From the IMG/VR virus record IMGVR_UViG_3300050581_000203: DNA of 64,000 nt. One strand, written 5' to 3'. Within the stretch, counting starts at the first letter, position 1. Each line of letters begins with the position of its first letter. The DNA is from an uncultured virus (IMG/VR IMGVR_UViG_3300050581_000203). Taxonomy: Duplodnaviria; Heunggongvirae; Uroviricota; Caudoviricetes. A program made the translations under genes and the position numbers. Below the pieces are notes generated by a model, which searched no databases, was not told where the DNA came from, and saw nothing but the letters and a program-made list of their open reading frames with translations. Shown one piece after another: positions 46,021-55,814 of the stretch.

Positions 46021-46971
46021 ATGTCAGACCAATTCGATGTCGAAGTCTATATCCAGCAGTGTCTTTCCGAGCGCCAGGCCCGCGAGGATGCGGAACGCCG
46101 GCGCCGCGAAGAGGCCGAAGCCGGGCAACGCGCAGAGTTGATCATGGTGGCGAACAAGGCGCGCGAAGACGTATTGGGCGCCATCCCCGCGCCGCTGCGC
46201 GACTATCTGAAGGCCTTCGACGAGGTCGGCGAACCGGTTACGCCGGCGCGGCTATATCTGCCGGGCTGCACGCCCATCGTCGTCGGCGCCAGGGCGGATG
46301 AGGTCCGCTTCATGCCCACGTGGGCCGCCTTCGATCCGGACACCTACGAGAATCGCATTTTCTACGCCTACAAGTTGATCAGCACCTATGACATCGCTGA
46401 GGCCATCTGCGTGGCGCGCGAAAGCTTTGCCTCCATTGCGGAGGCGCAAGCGCAGTGCAAGCGCTGGAACGAGCGCAAGCAAGTCGCGTCAACACCGGCG
46501 CCGGTGCATGGCGTATGCCGCGTGTGCGGCTGCACCGACGAGCGCGCCTGCGAAGGCGGGTGCTACTGGGTGGACGACGAACACACGCTGTGCAGCCAAT
46601 GCGCCGAGAAGGAAGCGCCCCAGCCGGACCCGCTGGCGCTCACGCCCGACAACGTAAGCCAGGCCCACGTGGCGCTGGCCGAAGCGCGCAACGCCATCTT
46701 CGGCGTCGCAACTGTCCTGGACCAGATCAAGGTGCAGCTTAAGACTCAAAGAGCCCAGGCCGTCGCCGACGGGCGGATCAGCGGCAAGAACGAAGACGTC
46801 CGCGAGGCCCAGTCGCGCGAGATCTTCGCCGCCGACTACGCGGCCCTGGCAGATGCGGAGGCGGAACTCGACAAGGCACAACTGGCCTATGACTTGGCCG
46901 AGATCGAAGTCAAGCGCCAGCGCGCGTTGATCTGCCTGGCGACAACAAAAGGCGAACCCATTCCGTTCTAG
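46021..46971 (+). CDS. Hypothetical protein with a Cys-rich zinc finger
   Basis: CRVCGCTDERACEGGCYWV...LCSQC. Confidence 0.65.
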   Translation: MSDQFDVEVYIQQCLSERQAREDAERRRREEAEAGQRAELIMVANKAREDVLGAIPAPLRDYLKAFDEVGEPVTPARLYLPGCTPIVVGARADEVRFMPTWAAFDPDTYENRIFYAYKLISTYDIAEAICVARESFASIAEAQAQCKRWNERKQVASTPAPVHGVCRVCGCTDERACEGGCYWVDDEHTLCSQCAEKEAPQPDPLALTPDNVSQAHVALAEARNAIFGVATVLDQIKVQLKTQRAQAVADGRISGKNEDVREAQSREIFAADYAALADAEAELDKAQLAYDLAEIEVKRQRALICLATTKGEPIPF

Positions 46972-47100
46972 ACATGTTCGTGGCTGGCGGCCACGCCATG
47001 TGGTCGGTTTCCCCGGCGTCCCTCCTGCGCCACCCGACCGCTCGTATATTCGCCCCGGCGCGCCGCCAGAGCGCCGGGGCACAGGGGAGGGAGTGTTGAT

Positions 47101-48699
47101 ATGACAACCGTTTTGAATATTTCCGCGGAAATGGTCAATACCGTCGTCGGCTACGTGCCCCTGGCGTTGATCGATCCGAACCCTTGGCAATCGCGCCTGG
47201 GCGACGATCCTGCGCACGTGCAGAAGCTCGCCGACGACATCAAAGCCCGCGCCGGCGCGGACCCGGCAGACCCGCAACAGGGCCTGCTGCAAGTGCCGAT
47301 CGCGCGCCAGCACCCGACCGAAGCCGGGCGCTATCAGATCGCTTTTGGGCACACGCGCTTGAGCGCCTTCCGGCACTTGTCCAACAGCGAGACGGACGGC
47401 GAGCGCTGGGAACGCTTCCCGCTCCACGTGCGCACGCTGACCGACCGCGACATGGCCGAGCTCGCTGCGCGAGAGAACGCGGCGCGCAAGGACCTGACGG
47501 CCATTGAAACCGCCCGGGCGATCAAGCGCCTCATCGCCGACTTTCACCTGAGCCAGATCGAGGCCGGCAAATTGTTCGGCTATTCGAGCCAGAGCGCGGT
47601 GAGCAATCTGCTGCGGCTGCTGGAATTGCCCGACCAGGTCCAGGACCTCGTGCACTCCGGCGAGATGCCCGAACGCAACGCACGGCTATTGATTCCGGTC
47701 GCGCGGGTGATGCCGGAACTGGCGGTGAAGGTGGCCTCCACGTCGAAGGAAGCGGAGCCGGATCAGTTCGAAAGTATATTGCGTAGCTCCATCCGTTCCA
47801 GAGATCGCAGCGTCCCGATGTATGGCGTCCCCTGGGGTAAGGGCTGGAAGCCGAAGGAGATCCCGGAAGCCGTCATCCAAGAGATGGCTGATAAAGGGAT
47901 CGGCCAGGTGATGCCGGCGTGTGAGTCGTGCGAATGGCATCTAACCGTCGGGGGGGATGGGGTATGCGCGCGGCCGATTTGCTTAAAACTCAAAACGCAT
48001 CTCTTCGCGTTGGCGGAGTGTGTGCGGGTAGGGAAGAAGCTCGGCATAGCGCCCCTCGCGCCGGGGGAGAAGATCGAGGTCATCTACGACGGCGATTACG
48101 ATTCGCATGCAGTGCGCCTGGCGCGCCGGGCGCTGGCCAGCCGGCACGAATCGTTGCGGCTGTTCCCGCTCGATCAGACACACCATTACAACATCCTGGC
48201 CGATGATCTTGGGAAGTCGGACGTGGTCGGGCTGGCCACGGTCGACATGCCGGCATTGAAGAAAGCGCTGCCGAAAGAATCAGAGATGCCGCCGGCAACC
48301 GATTACGAGGCCCGCCGGCGCGCCGAAGAGCGCGAGCGCAAAGAGAAAGCCGAGGTCGTGCTTAGGATGCTGCGTCGGGCTGCATCCGTCATGTTCGGCG
48401 TCATCCCCGCTGAGCCAACGCTCGTCAATCTCATGTTTAAACCCCTAGACACCCACTATCCGGGCACGACCTCAACGCGGTGCCGCGAGATGTACGAAGC
48501 TGCAGACCTCAACGGCAAGCGTGAACTGGTGATGTTCATCTTGCTATCTGAGGAACAGTCGATCTCCTGGCAGCCGGATCCGGATAAGACCAGACAGCAC
48601 ATCATCAAAGCGGCCGAAGGCCTGCGCGTCAAATTGCCAGCCGGTTGGGATAGGCCGGACGAGCCAGCGCCAGCAAAGAGCAAGCGGGGGAAGAAGTGA
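47101..48699 (+). CDS. ParB/RepB/Spo0J-family protein with a long C-terminus
   Basis: IDPNPWQSR, GLLQ, YQIAFGHTRL, ENAARKDL..IE.A, SAVSNLLRLL.LP. Confidence 0.85.
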   Translation: MTTVLNISAEMVNTVVGYVPLALIDPNPWQSRLGDDPAHVQKLADDIKARAGADPADPQQGLLQVPIARQHPTEAGRYQIAFGHTRLSAFRHLSNSETDGERWERFPLHVRTLTDRDMAELAARENAARKDLTAIETARAIKRLIADFHLSQIEAGKLFGYSSQSAVSNLLRLLELPDQVQDLVHSGEMPERNARLLIPVARVMPELAVKVASTSKEAEPDQFESILRSSIRSRDRSVPMYGVPWGKGWKPKEIPEAVIQEMADKGIGQVMPACESCEWHLTVGGDGVCARPICLKLKTHLFALAECVRVGKKLGIAPLAPGEKIEVIYDGDYDSHAVRLARRALASRHESLRLFPLDQTHHYNILADDLGKSDVVGLATVDMPALKKALPKESEMPPATDYEARRRAEERERKEKAEVVLRMLRRAASVMFGVIPAEPTLVNLMFKPLDTHYPGTTSTRCREMYEAADLNGKRELVMFILLSEEQSISWQPDPDKTRQHIIKAAEGLRVKLPAGWDRPDEPAPAKSKRGKK

Positions 48700-48732
48700 A
48701 TCACCCCACTATGAACCTCAAGGATGTGAACC

Positions 48733-49002
48733 ATGAGCGATAAGAAACCACAAAGGGAACCGGTAAACCCCAAGACGCCTGAGGAATGGCAAGAAGTCGT
48801 CGACATGGCCGACGCGTTTTTGCGCGTGGATTCTGCGCGCCGATATGGATTGATTACCGGCGGTCCCGCCGTGAACGTGTCGCGCTGCGACGAGTTGCTG
48901 GCGCAAGGCAAGGCGCGCGGCATCGTGCCCGACCCGGCGCGCGTTGAGTTGATCTTGCGCACGCTCGCCTATGGGCCGGCTGAGGAGGGCAAGAAGCCAT
49001 GA
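48733..49002 (+). CDS. Hypothetical phage protein
   Basis: 89-aa ORF in the operon, coupled to the next gene. Confidence 0.6.
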   Translation: MSDKKPQREPVNPKTPEEWQEVVDMADAFLRVDSARRYGLITGGPAVNVSRCDELLAQGKARGIVPDPARVELILRTLAYGPAEEGKKP

Positions 49003-49625
49003 CCCAGGCCTATCCGCTCCAATGGCCGTTCGGTTGGGCGCGAACGCCGATTGGCAAGATGCGCCGCTCCGAATTTGGCAACCACTCGATTGCCGAATGT
49101 ACACAGGAGATCATCCGCCAACTGAACCTGTTGCGCGCAAAGAGCGTGGTGATCAGCACGAACCTGCGCGTCCGCAACGACGGCCTCCCGTATTCGAACC
49201 AACGCCAGCCCGACGACCCTGGCGTTGCCGTGTATTTCCGCTTGGTGAAATCCTTCGATCCACAGCAGGCGCATTCTGGTCAGGCATTTACCGATCACGT
49301 CCTGGCCTGCGACAGGTGGGACCTGGTCGAGGATAACCTGTGGGCCGTCGCGAAGCACGTCGACGCCCTCCGAGGGCAGCAGCGTTGGGGGGTGGGGAAC
49401 GTCGAGCAGGCCTTCGCCGGCTATCAGGCGTTGCCGCCAGCCAGCGATCCCGATGCCTGGTGGACGGTCCTCCACGTGGAGCGCACTGCGGATTGGGACC
49501 AGATTCGCGACGCCTATCGCCTGCGCGTTAAGCAGACTCACCCCGACGTCGGCGGCGACCAGGCCGAGTTCATCAAGATTCAACGCGCCTACGAGGCCGC
49601 AGCGAAAGAGCGAGGCAAGCAATGA
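48999..49625 (+). CDS. Phage-type J-domain protein
   Basis: AYPLQWP.GW.RT N-domain; C-terminal WWTVL...HPDVGG. Confidence 0.85.
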   Translation: MTQAYPLQWPFGWARTPIGKMRRSEFGNHSIAECTQEIIRQLNLLRAKSVVISTNLRVRNDGLPYSNQRQPDDPGVAVYFRLVKSFDPQQAHSGQAFTDHVLACDRWDLVEDNLWAVAKHVDALRGQQRWGVGNVEQAFAGYQALPPASDPDAWWTVLHVERTADWDQIRDAYRLRVKQTHPDVGGDQAEFIKIQRAYEAAAKERGKQ

Positions 49626-50428
49626 CGCAACCCCGCACAAGGGCCGCCATCACCGCCGGCGTGATCGGCGCGCTTAGCCGGCTCAACAGCTACGTGCGCA
49701 GCAACGCCTATCAGCGCTTCTATCCCACCAACCTGAAGCATGTGGTCTATCGCTACAAGACGGCGCTGTTGGTCGAGGGCGTGAAGGCCGGCCTGGCAGA
49801 ATCGCGCCTGATCATGGTGCGCGCCAAATGCCACACCTGCGGCGGGCGCGGCTACTACGGCTTCAACGAAGGCAACACCTGCTGGACCTGCCAGGGCGCC
49901 GGGTGGGTGGGGCTGCAATTCGTCGAGTCCAGCTTGCCCGGCGGGTTCGCCTTTCACACGCCCTACGGCACCCGGTACAGCGTGCCCATCGAGCTACAGA
50001 TGACGATCAAGGGCCAGCAGCCGACATGGGTCAGCGATTGGCAGCCGAACCAAACCGGCGCCGACCTGGCGCCGGCGGCGCTGGCCGAAGACCTGAACGC
50101 GGTCGAGGACTGGTTCTATGGCGACCAGTTCCCGACCGGGTACGTCGTGGATGCGCGCGAGACCACCCTGGACGACGTGTGGTATCGCCTGCCCATCGGG
50201 AAGACAGAAACTTGCGTCTGGTGCGGCGCGCCTGGCGAGACCCTCGTAACGCAACTGACGCTGCTCACGATATGGATCGAGGGGCTTTGTGGCAAGTGCC
50301 GCCACAAACACCCGTTCGAAGTGTCCCCTCGTCCCGATCAATTACTCGCGCCGGCATCGGTGCAGACGTGGCTCGCCAAGCGCGCCGCGTGGCGCGAGAT
50401 CGCCGACACGCGTTCGCCGGGGTGGTGA
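49622..50428 (+). CDS. Hypothetical protein with DnaJ-type CxxCxGxG zinc motifs
   Basis: CHTCGGRG, CWTCQGAG. Confidence 0.65.
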   Translation: MTQPRTRAAITAGVIGALSRLNSYVRSNAYQRFYPTNLKHVVYRYKTALLVEGVKAGLAESRLIMVRAKCHTCGGRGYYGFNEGNTCWTCQGAGWVGLQFVESSLPGGFAFHTPYGTRYSVPIELQMTIKGQQPTWVSDWQPNQTGADLAPAALAEDLNAVEDWFYGDQFPTGYVVDARETTLDDVWYRLPIGKTETCVWCGAPGETLVTQLTLLTIWIEGLCGKCRHKHPFEVSPRPDQLLAPASVQTWLAKRAAWREIADTRSPGW

Positions 50429-50432
50429 GCCC

Positions 50433-50597
50433 ATGCAAACAGGAGTATCAATGACAGCTCTCGAACTACGTATAGCCGAAATCATGGCAAACTCGGCGCG
50501 CCGGCGCGGGGTCATCCTGGTGCGTCGCGCCACGACTGGCCAGCCGAAACGAATGAAGAATCCCCCAAGAGTGCGCAGATTCAATCATCGTGGCTGA
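50433..50597 (+). CDS. Small basic hypothetical protein before the integrase
   Basis: 54 aa; overlaps the integrase start. Confidence 0.4.
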   Translation: MQTGVSMTALELRIAEIMANSARRRGVILVRRATTGQPKRMKNPPRVRRFNHRG

Positions 50598-52122
50598 TCC
50601 ACAACCCACGCCTGTCGCGCTGTATCTACGTTTTTCGTCGGAGATGCAGCGCGACGGCTATTCAATCGCGTTTCAGGACCGCGTATGTCGCGATTGGTGC
50701 GACCGCAACAACGCCGTCGTGGCGGACGTCTATAAAGACGAAGCCTACAGTGCCAGCACCAACGATCGGCCGGACTTCCAACGCCTGCTGGCGGACTGCA
50801 GGAAGCCGGCCGACCAACGCAAGTTCCAGGCCGTCGTCTTCTTCCACACCTGGCGCTTCAGCCGCAGCATGGACGACGCGCCGCTACTGACCCAGATCGA
50901 ACGCGCCGGGATCAGACTCTACAGCGCGACGGAACCAATCGACGCTTCGACCGCAAGCGGAAAATTCACGCGCAACATTTCCCTGGCCGTCGGCCAATAT
51001 CAATTGGACCAGTTGCGCGAAGCGACCACCGAAGGCAAGATCACCCGCGCACAGGGCGACGAAAAGCGCGGGATCGTGCCGCGCAGCAACGCGTCCATGC
51101 CCCCGTTCGGCTATTCGCGAGTCGCCAAGACCGCCGGCGATCACACCTTCAAGGAAGACGCGCCGAACGACAACGCCGCATGGGTCACCCAGGCCTTCGA
51201 GCGCTACGCGATGGGGCAGGCCAGCGACATGGACATCGCGCGTTGGCTGAACAACCACGGCGTGCGCACGTCCTATGGGCGCCCATTTAGCAAAGATACC
51301 GTGCGCGTCATGTTGAAGAACAAGTTCTACGCCGGCTTCGTGGCCTATCGCGGCCTGAGCAACGAGTGGACTGAGGACGGCCATCGCAAGCGTAACCCGC
51401 GCTCCAAGACGATCTGGACGCGCGGGGCGCATCAGCCCATCGTCAGCGAGGAACTCTACGAGCGCTGCCAGGCGATGCGCCGCGACCAGGCCAAGCGCCA
51501 GGTGGGCCGGCGTCCGGCCGAGAAGCACGTCTATCTCCTCAATGGGCTGGCCATTTGCGCTAAGTGCGGCAAGAAGCTCGGTTGTTCGACCGGTAGCGGC
51601 AACACAAAAGAGAACTATCGCTGCAAAAGCCGCGAACGCGGGATCGAATGCTCGGCGCGCCAGAGCTACGTCCAACAGGCGAAGCTTGTTTCCTACATCG
51701 ATGACATGATCGAGCAGCTCCAGTTGTCGGAGGAAATTATCGACAAGGCGGTCGAACTGTCGCAATCCGAAGAGACGGCCCACGCTTCCGAGAAACGCCA
51801 CGCCGAACTGAACGCAGAGCTGCGTCGCCTGAGCGTCATGTTTCAGAAGGGTGGGGTGAATGAGGACTATTACGACGCCGAGTTGAAGCGCATTCAAGCC
51901 GAAATCGCGGCGCTGGCGCCGGTCGAACCCCGCGACATCAAGCGAGCGGCGCAAATCATCGACGGGCTCTACGACGCCTGGAAAGTCATGAGTAACGAAG
52001 AGAAAAGCGCCACGCTCCACACGCTTTTGTCGGGGGTCGTGGTGGACGTCGACGCCGGGGCTGTTGTAGAATGGCAGCCACGGCGCGAGTTCGCGCAGCT
52101 TTTTGCGGCGATTCGGCTATGA
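50590..52122 (+). CDS. Large serine recombinase (prophage integrase)
   Basis: YLRFSS catalytic Ser, RFSR, recombinase domain, CAKCG zinc ribbon, coiled coil. Confidence 0.92.
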   Translation: MADPQPTPVALYLRFSSEMQRDGYSIAFQDRVCRDWCDRNNAVVADVYKDEAYSASTNDRPDFQRLLADCRKPADQRKFQAVVFFHTWRFSRSMDDAPLLTQIERAGIRLYSATEPIDASTASGKFTRNISLAVGQYQLDQLREATTEGKITRAQGDEKRGIVPRSNASMPPFGYSRVAKTAGDHTFKEDAPNDNAAWVTQAFERYAMGQASDMDIARWLNNHGVRTSYGRPFSKDTVRVMLKNKFYAGFVAYRGLSNEWTEDGHRKRNPRSKTIWTRGAHQPIVSEELYERCQAMRRDQAKRQVGRRPAEKHVYLLNGLAICAKCGKKLGCSTGSGNTKENYRCKSRERGIECSARQSYVQQAKLVSYIDDMIEQLQLSEEIIDKAVELSQSEETAHASEKRHAELNAELRRLSVMFQKGGVNEDYYDAELKRIQAEIAALAPVEPRDIKRAAQIIDGLYDAWKVMSNEEKSATLHTLLSGVVVDVDAGAVVEWQPRREFAQLFAAIRL

Positions 52123-53686
52123 GAACCTTAAAACTCTCCCCAATTTCGGAAATTTCCCCCAGTAGATATAGGAGAATGCAACGCCCGTCGCGTCCGCTAA
52201 TTGCTTTATCACTGAATGCCGCCACACACAGGGCGGCATATTCTTTTTTCGGCATAAGGCCAACGATCCTCCTGGTGTCCAAATCCACCTCCACTTGCTC
52301 GAAGATACAGCCCACGATGTCGGCTTGCTCTTCCGGCGTTGCGTTCTGCCACAAGCGCGCCATGTCACCCAACGCCTCAATCGCGGCTTGCGTGTCCGTG
52401 TGATGCACCGGCATTGCCAGGCGCGCCAACTCGCTCTTGATGCGTTTCGTCTCAGCGTCGTAGTAGTCATCGGCCAGGTTGCCCGCCTGGTACATGCGGT
52501 TCACCCGCTGTAACTCGGCCTCCAACCTGCCCCGCTGCTTTTCAATCGCCGCCGTGGGGTCATCGGCTGTAATCAACGCGGTCGCCTGGGCCTTGATGTC
52601 ATCGGGCAGTTGTAAGCGGGCCATGATGTGCGCCAGGTCATCCAGCAAAACATTCTCCTGGATCACGCGGTACGTCGCTCCGCACTGGGTGCCCCGCTCT
52701 TTGGCCGTGCAACGGTAATACTTGACGCCGGCGTTCATCGTAAGCGCCCTCAACGGCCCGCCACAGTGTGCGCAGTGGGCCACGCGGGAAAGTAGATAAA
52801 CGCGGCTCTGTGCTGGTTTGCGCCCGGCATAGCTATGCCCTCGCGCTGCGCGTATTGCTTGGCACTTCTCGAACAATTCACGGCTGATAAGCGGCTCATG
52901 TACGCCTGGAATTACTTTCGTTTCGCGCTTGCTGCGGCGCATCCGCTCCCGATGTTCGTTCTCACGATCCACAAGCCCACGGTAGCGCACATCGCCGCAG
53001 TAAAACGGATTCATGAGCATGGCGCGTACCGTGTCTTTGCTGAATGGCCGGCTGCCCCATGTGCCGCGTGTTACCTTGCCCTGGGCGTTAAGCCACTCGG
53101 CAATCTGCAAGTCACTGTAGTCGCCGGTCGCGTATCGCTCGAACATCTCGCGCGCCGTGTCCGCCTCAGCGTCCGGCACGTCGTGGCCGCTGGCGTCCCT
53201 GGTGTAGCCGAATGCCGGTATCGTGGCATTGCTAAGCCCCTTGCGTGCCCTGCCTAGCTTGCCCTTCGTCGTCTCGCCGATCAGGTTGCGCCGGTACATG
53301 CGCGCAAAGGCAAGCAACAACGTCAGCATGACTTCGCCCATCGGCGTGCTGAAATCAAAATCCTCGGTTGCGGAGATGAACGCCACGCCGTAACGTGCCA
53401 GGCCCTTGAGCACGGTCAACCCATCCACCACATCGCGGCTGAGTCTATCCAGCTTGTGAGTCACGATGATTGCGAAGCGTCCGGCCTCCGCATCGGCGAT
53501 CATGGCCTGGAACTGTTCGCGGTCGGTCACGTTCTTTGCGCTTTCGACTTCCGTGTACTCGGCCTCAACCGCAAAGTCACGCCGCTTGCAAAACTCGCGG
53601 CACTGGTAAAGCTGTTCATCCAGCGAGTGCCCATCGCGCTGTTCTTCGCTACTCACCCGCACGTAAATTGCTGCCCGCTTAGGCAT
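51986..53686 (-). CDS. Large serine recombinase of element 2; C-terminus reads through the att core
   Basis: AIYVRVSSEEQ, DRLSR, CAHCGG; start MPKRAA at 53686; sequence after SGRDG comes from flanking DNA. Confidence 0.92.
   Translation of the reverse strand: MPKRAAIYVRVSSEEQRDGHSLDEQLYQCREFCKRRDFAVEAEYTEVESAKNVTDREQFQAMIADAEAGRFAIIVTHKLDRLSRDVVDGLTVLKGLARYGVAFISATEDFDFSTPMGEVMLTLLLAFARMYRRNLIGETTKGKLGRARKGLSNATIPAFGYTRDASGHDVPDAEADTAREMFERYATGDYSDLQIAEWLNAQGKVTRGTWGSRPFSKDTVRAMLMNPFYCGDVRYRGLVDRENEHRERMRRSKRETKVIPGVHEPLISRELFEKCQAIRAARGHSYAGRKPAQSRVYLLSRVAHCAHCGGPLRALTMNAGVKYYRCTAKERGTQCGATYRVIQENVLLDDLAHIMARLQLPDDIKAQATALITADDPTAAIEKQRGRLEAELQRVNRMYQAGNLADDYYDAETKRIKSELARLAMPVHHTDTQAAIEALGDMARLWQNATPEEQADIVGCIFEQVEVDLDTRRIVGLMPKKEYAALCVAAFSDKAISGRDGRCILLYLLGEISEIGESFKVLIAESPQKAARTRAVAAILQQPRRRRPPRPPTKACGAWRFSLRYS
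52184..52197 (+). repeat. 14-bp direct repeat, copy 1 (putative att core)
   Basis: CCCGTCGCGTCCGC, identical to 61255-61268. Confidence 0.85.
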
Positions 53687-53930
53687 TGTTCCCTTCCTCG
53701 GTTGCTGGCACATCAGCCCCAGGTAGAAATCGCGTTGTGCCAGCACTCGTTTCAACGTGGACATTGGGCAGTGCGAGCCACAGGGCACCCTCGTGATTCA
53801 TTGCATGTACTGCCAACCCCGCGTGCTGGCAGTACATGATTGCAGATTCCAAAATCTCAAGCGCCTCGACGGGCGTGGTTGGCTTTAGTTTGGGCTTTCG
53901 CCCGCCGTCGCTTCCGTTTGTTTTGCTCAT
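53679..53930 (-). CDS. Small hypothetical protein before the recombinase
   Basis: MSKTNGS...; overlaps the recombinase start. Confidence 0.5.
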   Translation of the reverse strand: MSKTNGSDGGRKPKLKPTTPVEALEILESAIMYCQHAGLAVHAMNHEGALWLALPNVHVETSAGTTRFLPGADVPATEEGNNA

Positions 53931-54280
53931 ACGCTCGTTTCCTTTCGTCACTCAACAGCGCGAACCGGCCACCGTAACGCGATTGCCGCCCTGTGTGCGC
54001 ACCCTTGCGCCACTGCCAGAATTTGCCGCGTCGCGTAACTTCAATGCGCCATGTGCCAGCAATGGGCGTGAGTGCTGGCACATGCACAACATCGAGTGCT
54101 GGCACATGTGCGGAAAAGTCTTGAATTTCCGGCGTTTCAGCGTGATAGGCAAGTGCTGGCACATAGGCGATTAAACTTCGGCTTTTGGGTCATCCCCAGC
54201 CTTGCGCCCATTGCGTGCCGGGCGTGCTGGCACATGTTCGGCCATTGCTGGCACATCGTCATCGTTCTGTGCTGGCACAT
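53703..54280. repeat. Cluster of 11-bp TGCTGGCACAT repeats
   Basis: Direct copies at 53703, 54073, 54097, 54154, 54225, 54246, 54270; perfect inverted copy at 54051; 10/11 inverted copy at 53735. Confidence 0.9.
53857..54162 (-). CDS. Small basic hypothetical protein
   Basis: WRIEVTRRGKFWQWRKG...RYGG, Arg/Lys-rich tail; frame and start uncertain. Confidence 0.45.
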   Translation of the reverse strand: MPALAYHAETPEIQDFSAHVPALDVVHVPALTPIAGTWRIEVTRRGKFWQWRKGAHTGRQSRYGGRFALLSDERKRAYEQNKRKRRRAKAQTKANHARRGA

Positions 54281-54917
54281 GCGCGGACAATTGCGCATTG
54301 CCCCGCAAGCGCGCGTTGATCTCACGCGCGTTTCGCTGGCCGTAGGCTGTGAGTGCTGCGCGGCTTTCCTCTTCGCCCAACGCCACCATGAGCGATTGCA
54401 TCTTGCCGATCTGCATGGTTTGTTGGATCTTCCGTTTCTGGCGCATGATCTGAATTGCCGGGTCTGCATCGATGACGGCTTTCCAGAAGCCCACCACAAG
54501 CGGGATCACCAGCGGCACGCCCCAAAAGCTGTATAGCTTCAGGAAGTCGTTATTGCCGGCATCACTGCCCACCAGCGCGTTAAACTCAACGACGCAATTC
54601 AGCGCCACAATCGCAAACATCGCCCACCCGAAGATTTTGGCGAGGGTGCCCTGTGTGCCATGAGCGAACCATACGAACGACCCGAGTAGGAACGTTGCCA
54701 GGCTGCCCTCGATTAGCACGGCAGGAATGAGCCCCAGCACTTTCATGGTGTCTGGAAATGCCCGGCTGTACAACGAAAAACTCATGTAGCCCGTGAATAG
54801 CAGGCCCACGGCAATGAGGATTGCCGCCGCTGCCTGGACAAGCGCACGCTTGCCCTTGTGGTCGTCTTCCTCCATGAGTTCGGCCACACTCGAAACCCCA
54901 ACTTGTCGATCTTCCAT
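54171..54917 (-). CDS. 4-TM membrane protein with a coiled-coil tail (start uncertain, 54875 or 54917)
   Basis: Four hydrophobic helices followed by a Gln/Arg-rich helix. Confidence 0.65.
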   Translation of the reverse strand: MEDRQVGVSSVAELMEEDDHKGKRALVQAAAAILIAVGLLFTGYMSFSLYSRAFPDTMKVLGLIPAVLIEGSLATFLLGSFVWFAHGTQGTLAKIFGWAMFAIVALNCVVEFNALVGSDAGNNDFLKLYSFWGVPLVIPLVVGFWKAVIDADPAIQIMRQKRKIQQTMQIGKMQSLMVALGEEESRAALTAYGQRNAREINARLRGNAQLSAHVPAQNDDDVPAMAEHVPARPARNGRKAGDDPKAEV

Positions 54918-55185
54918 CTCGCACCATCCGTAAATCCAACCCGTCGCTTGTCCATCGCGCCCCGCACAAACGACAAAGCGGGCAACCCGCCGCCTGGTGC
55001 ATGGTGGCTGGCTGCCCGCTCCCTGTACCCCGCACATGGGTACAATGCAGGTAGCCCACCGCTGCCTAATCCAGCGTGCTGGGTCAGAGTCGCCCCGGTG
55101 CTGCGAACACCTGGGCGATTCGCATATTACGGAACCGATCAAAATCCCGTACAACGCGGGATGCTACCGCCGCAAGTTGCCAATG

Positions 55186-55416
55186 TCAATCCTCTTTCGC
55201 AGAATGTGGGCCGAATCGCTTATCCTTTCGCGCTGTTTTCTGGTGCGCTCTCAGGTAAGCCAATAGCGATTTCTTATCGACCATCCAGACGTTCGCAAAC
55301 TTCCGGCCCGCGATCATGCCGAAGCGCAGTAGCTCGCGCAGGTGGTCATCGTTGTAGCCGGTCAGTTCGATTGCATCGCGCAGGGTAATCCAGGTAGTTG
55401 TTTTTGCCTTTGCCAT
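55186..55416 (-). CDS. Excisionase/MerR-like HTH protein
   Basis: WITLRDAIELTGY...HLRELLR.G.I.GRK....WMVD; homologous to 63726-63965. Confidence 0.75.
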   Translation of the reverse strand: MAKAKTTTWITLRDAIELTGYNDDHLRELLRFGMIAGRKFANVWMVDKKSLLAYLRAHQKTARKDKRFGPHSAKED

Positions 55417-55814
55417 GCCGCTGATTGTAGCGTGAATATCCCACAACTGTAGGGATACCCTGTTACAGGTGTTATATGCCCAATTCACGGCTGCCATTTT
55501 TTGCCGCGCTCAGCACCGACCAGGCACCCCATAAAAAGGCCCCTGGCGTGCGTTTTAAGGCCCTCATTTTTCTGTTTACGATACCCAGGTCAAAAATGGC
55601 ATCCAATGGGCCTTAAATCGCTTCCTGTGAGATTTATAAATTTGACCTGGGTCACTCATTCGCCTCACAATCCCGCCACTACGCTGCCAACACTTCGGCA
55701 AAGTGCTGCATGAGGGCCACGTACAGGATACGCCGATCCAACGGTGCACTGCGTAACGTTTCCTCCCACCTGCGCCGAAGGCCCTCGGCCACGGGATCCG
55801 GGCTACTGAGAATC

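Larger units (their letters stand above)
1..52183. mobile_element. Prophage (siphovirus-type, temperate); left boundary not visible and may lie outside the window
   Basis: Contiguous tail, head, terminase, lysis, replication, repressor and integrase modules; right end abuts the 14-bp repeat at 52184. Confidence 0.9.

Noticed and set aside
52120..52200. Intact tRNA at the att core (also checked at 61190-61270)
   Set aside because: No T-loop (TTCRA), anticodon arm or D arm upstream of either copy
53668..53680. AAGCGGGCAG as another late-motif copy
   Set aside because: Lies in recombinase codons (KRAA) with no stem or U-tract
54051..54280. CRISPR array
   Set aside because: Repeats are only 11 bp, irregularly spaced, in both orientations, and no cas genes are present
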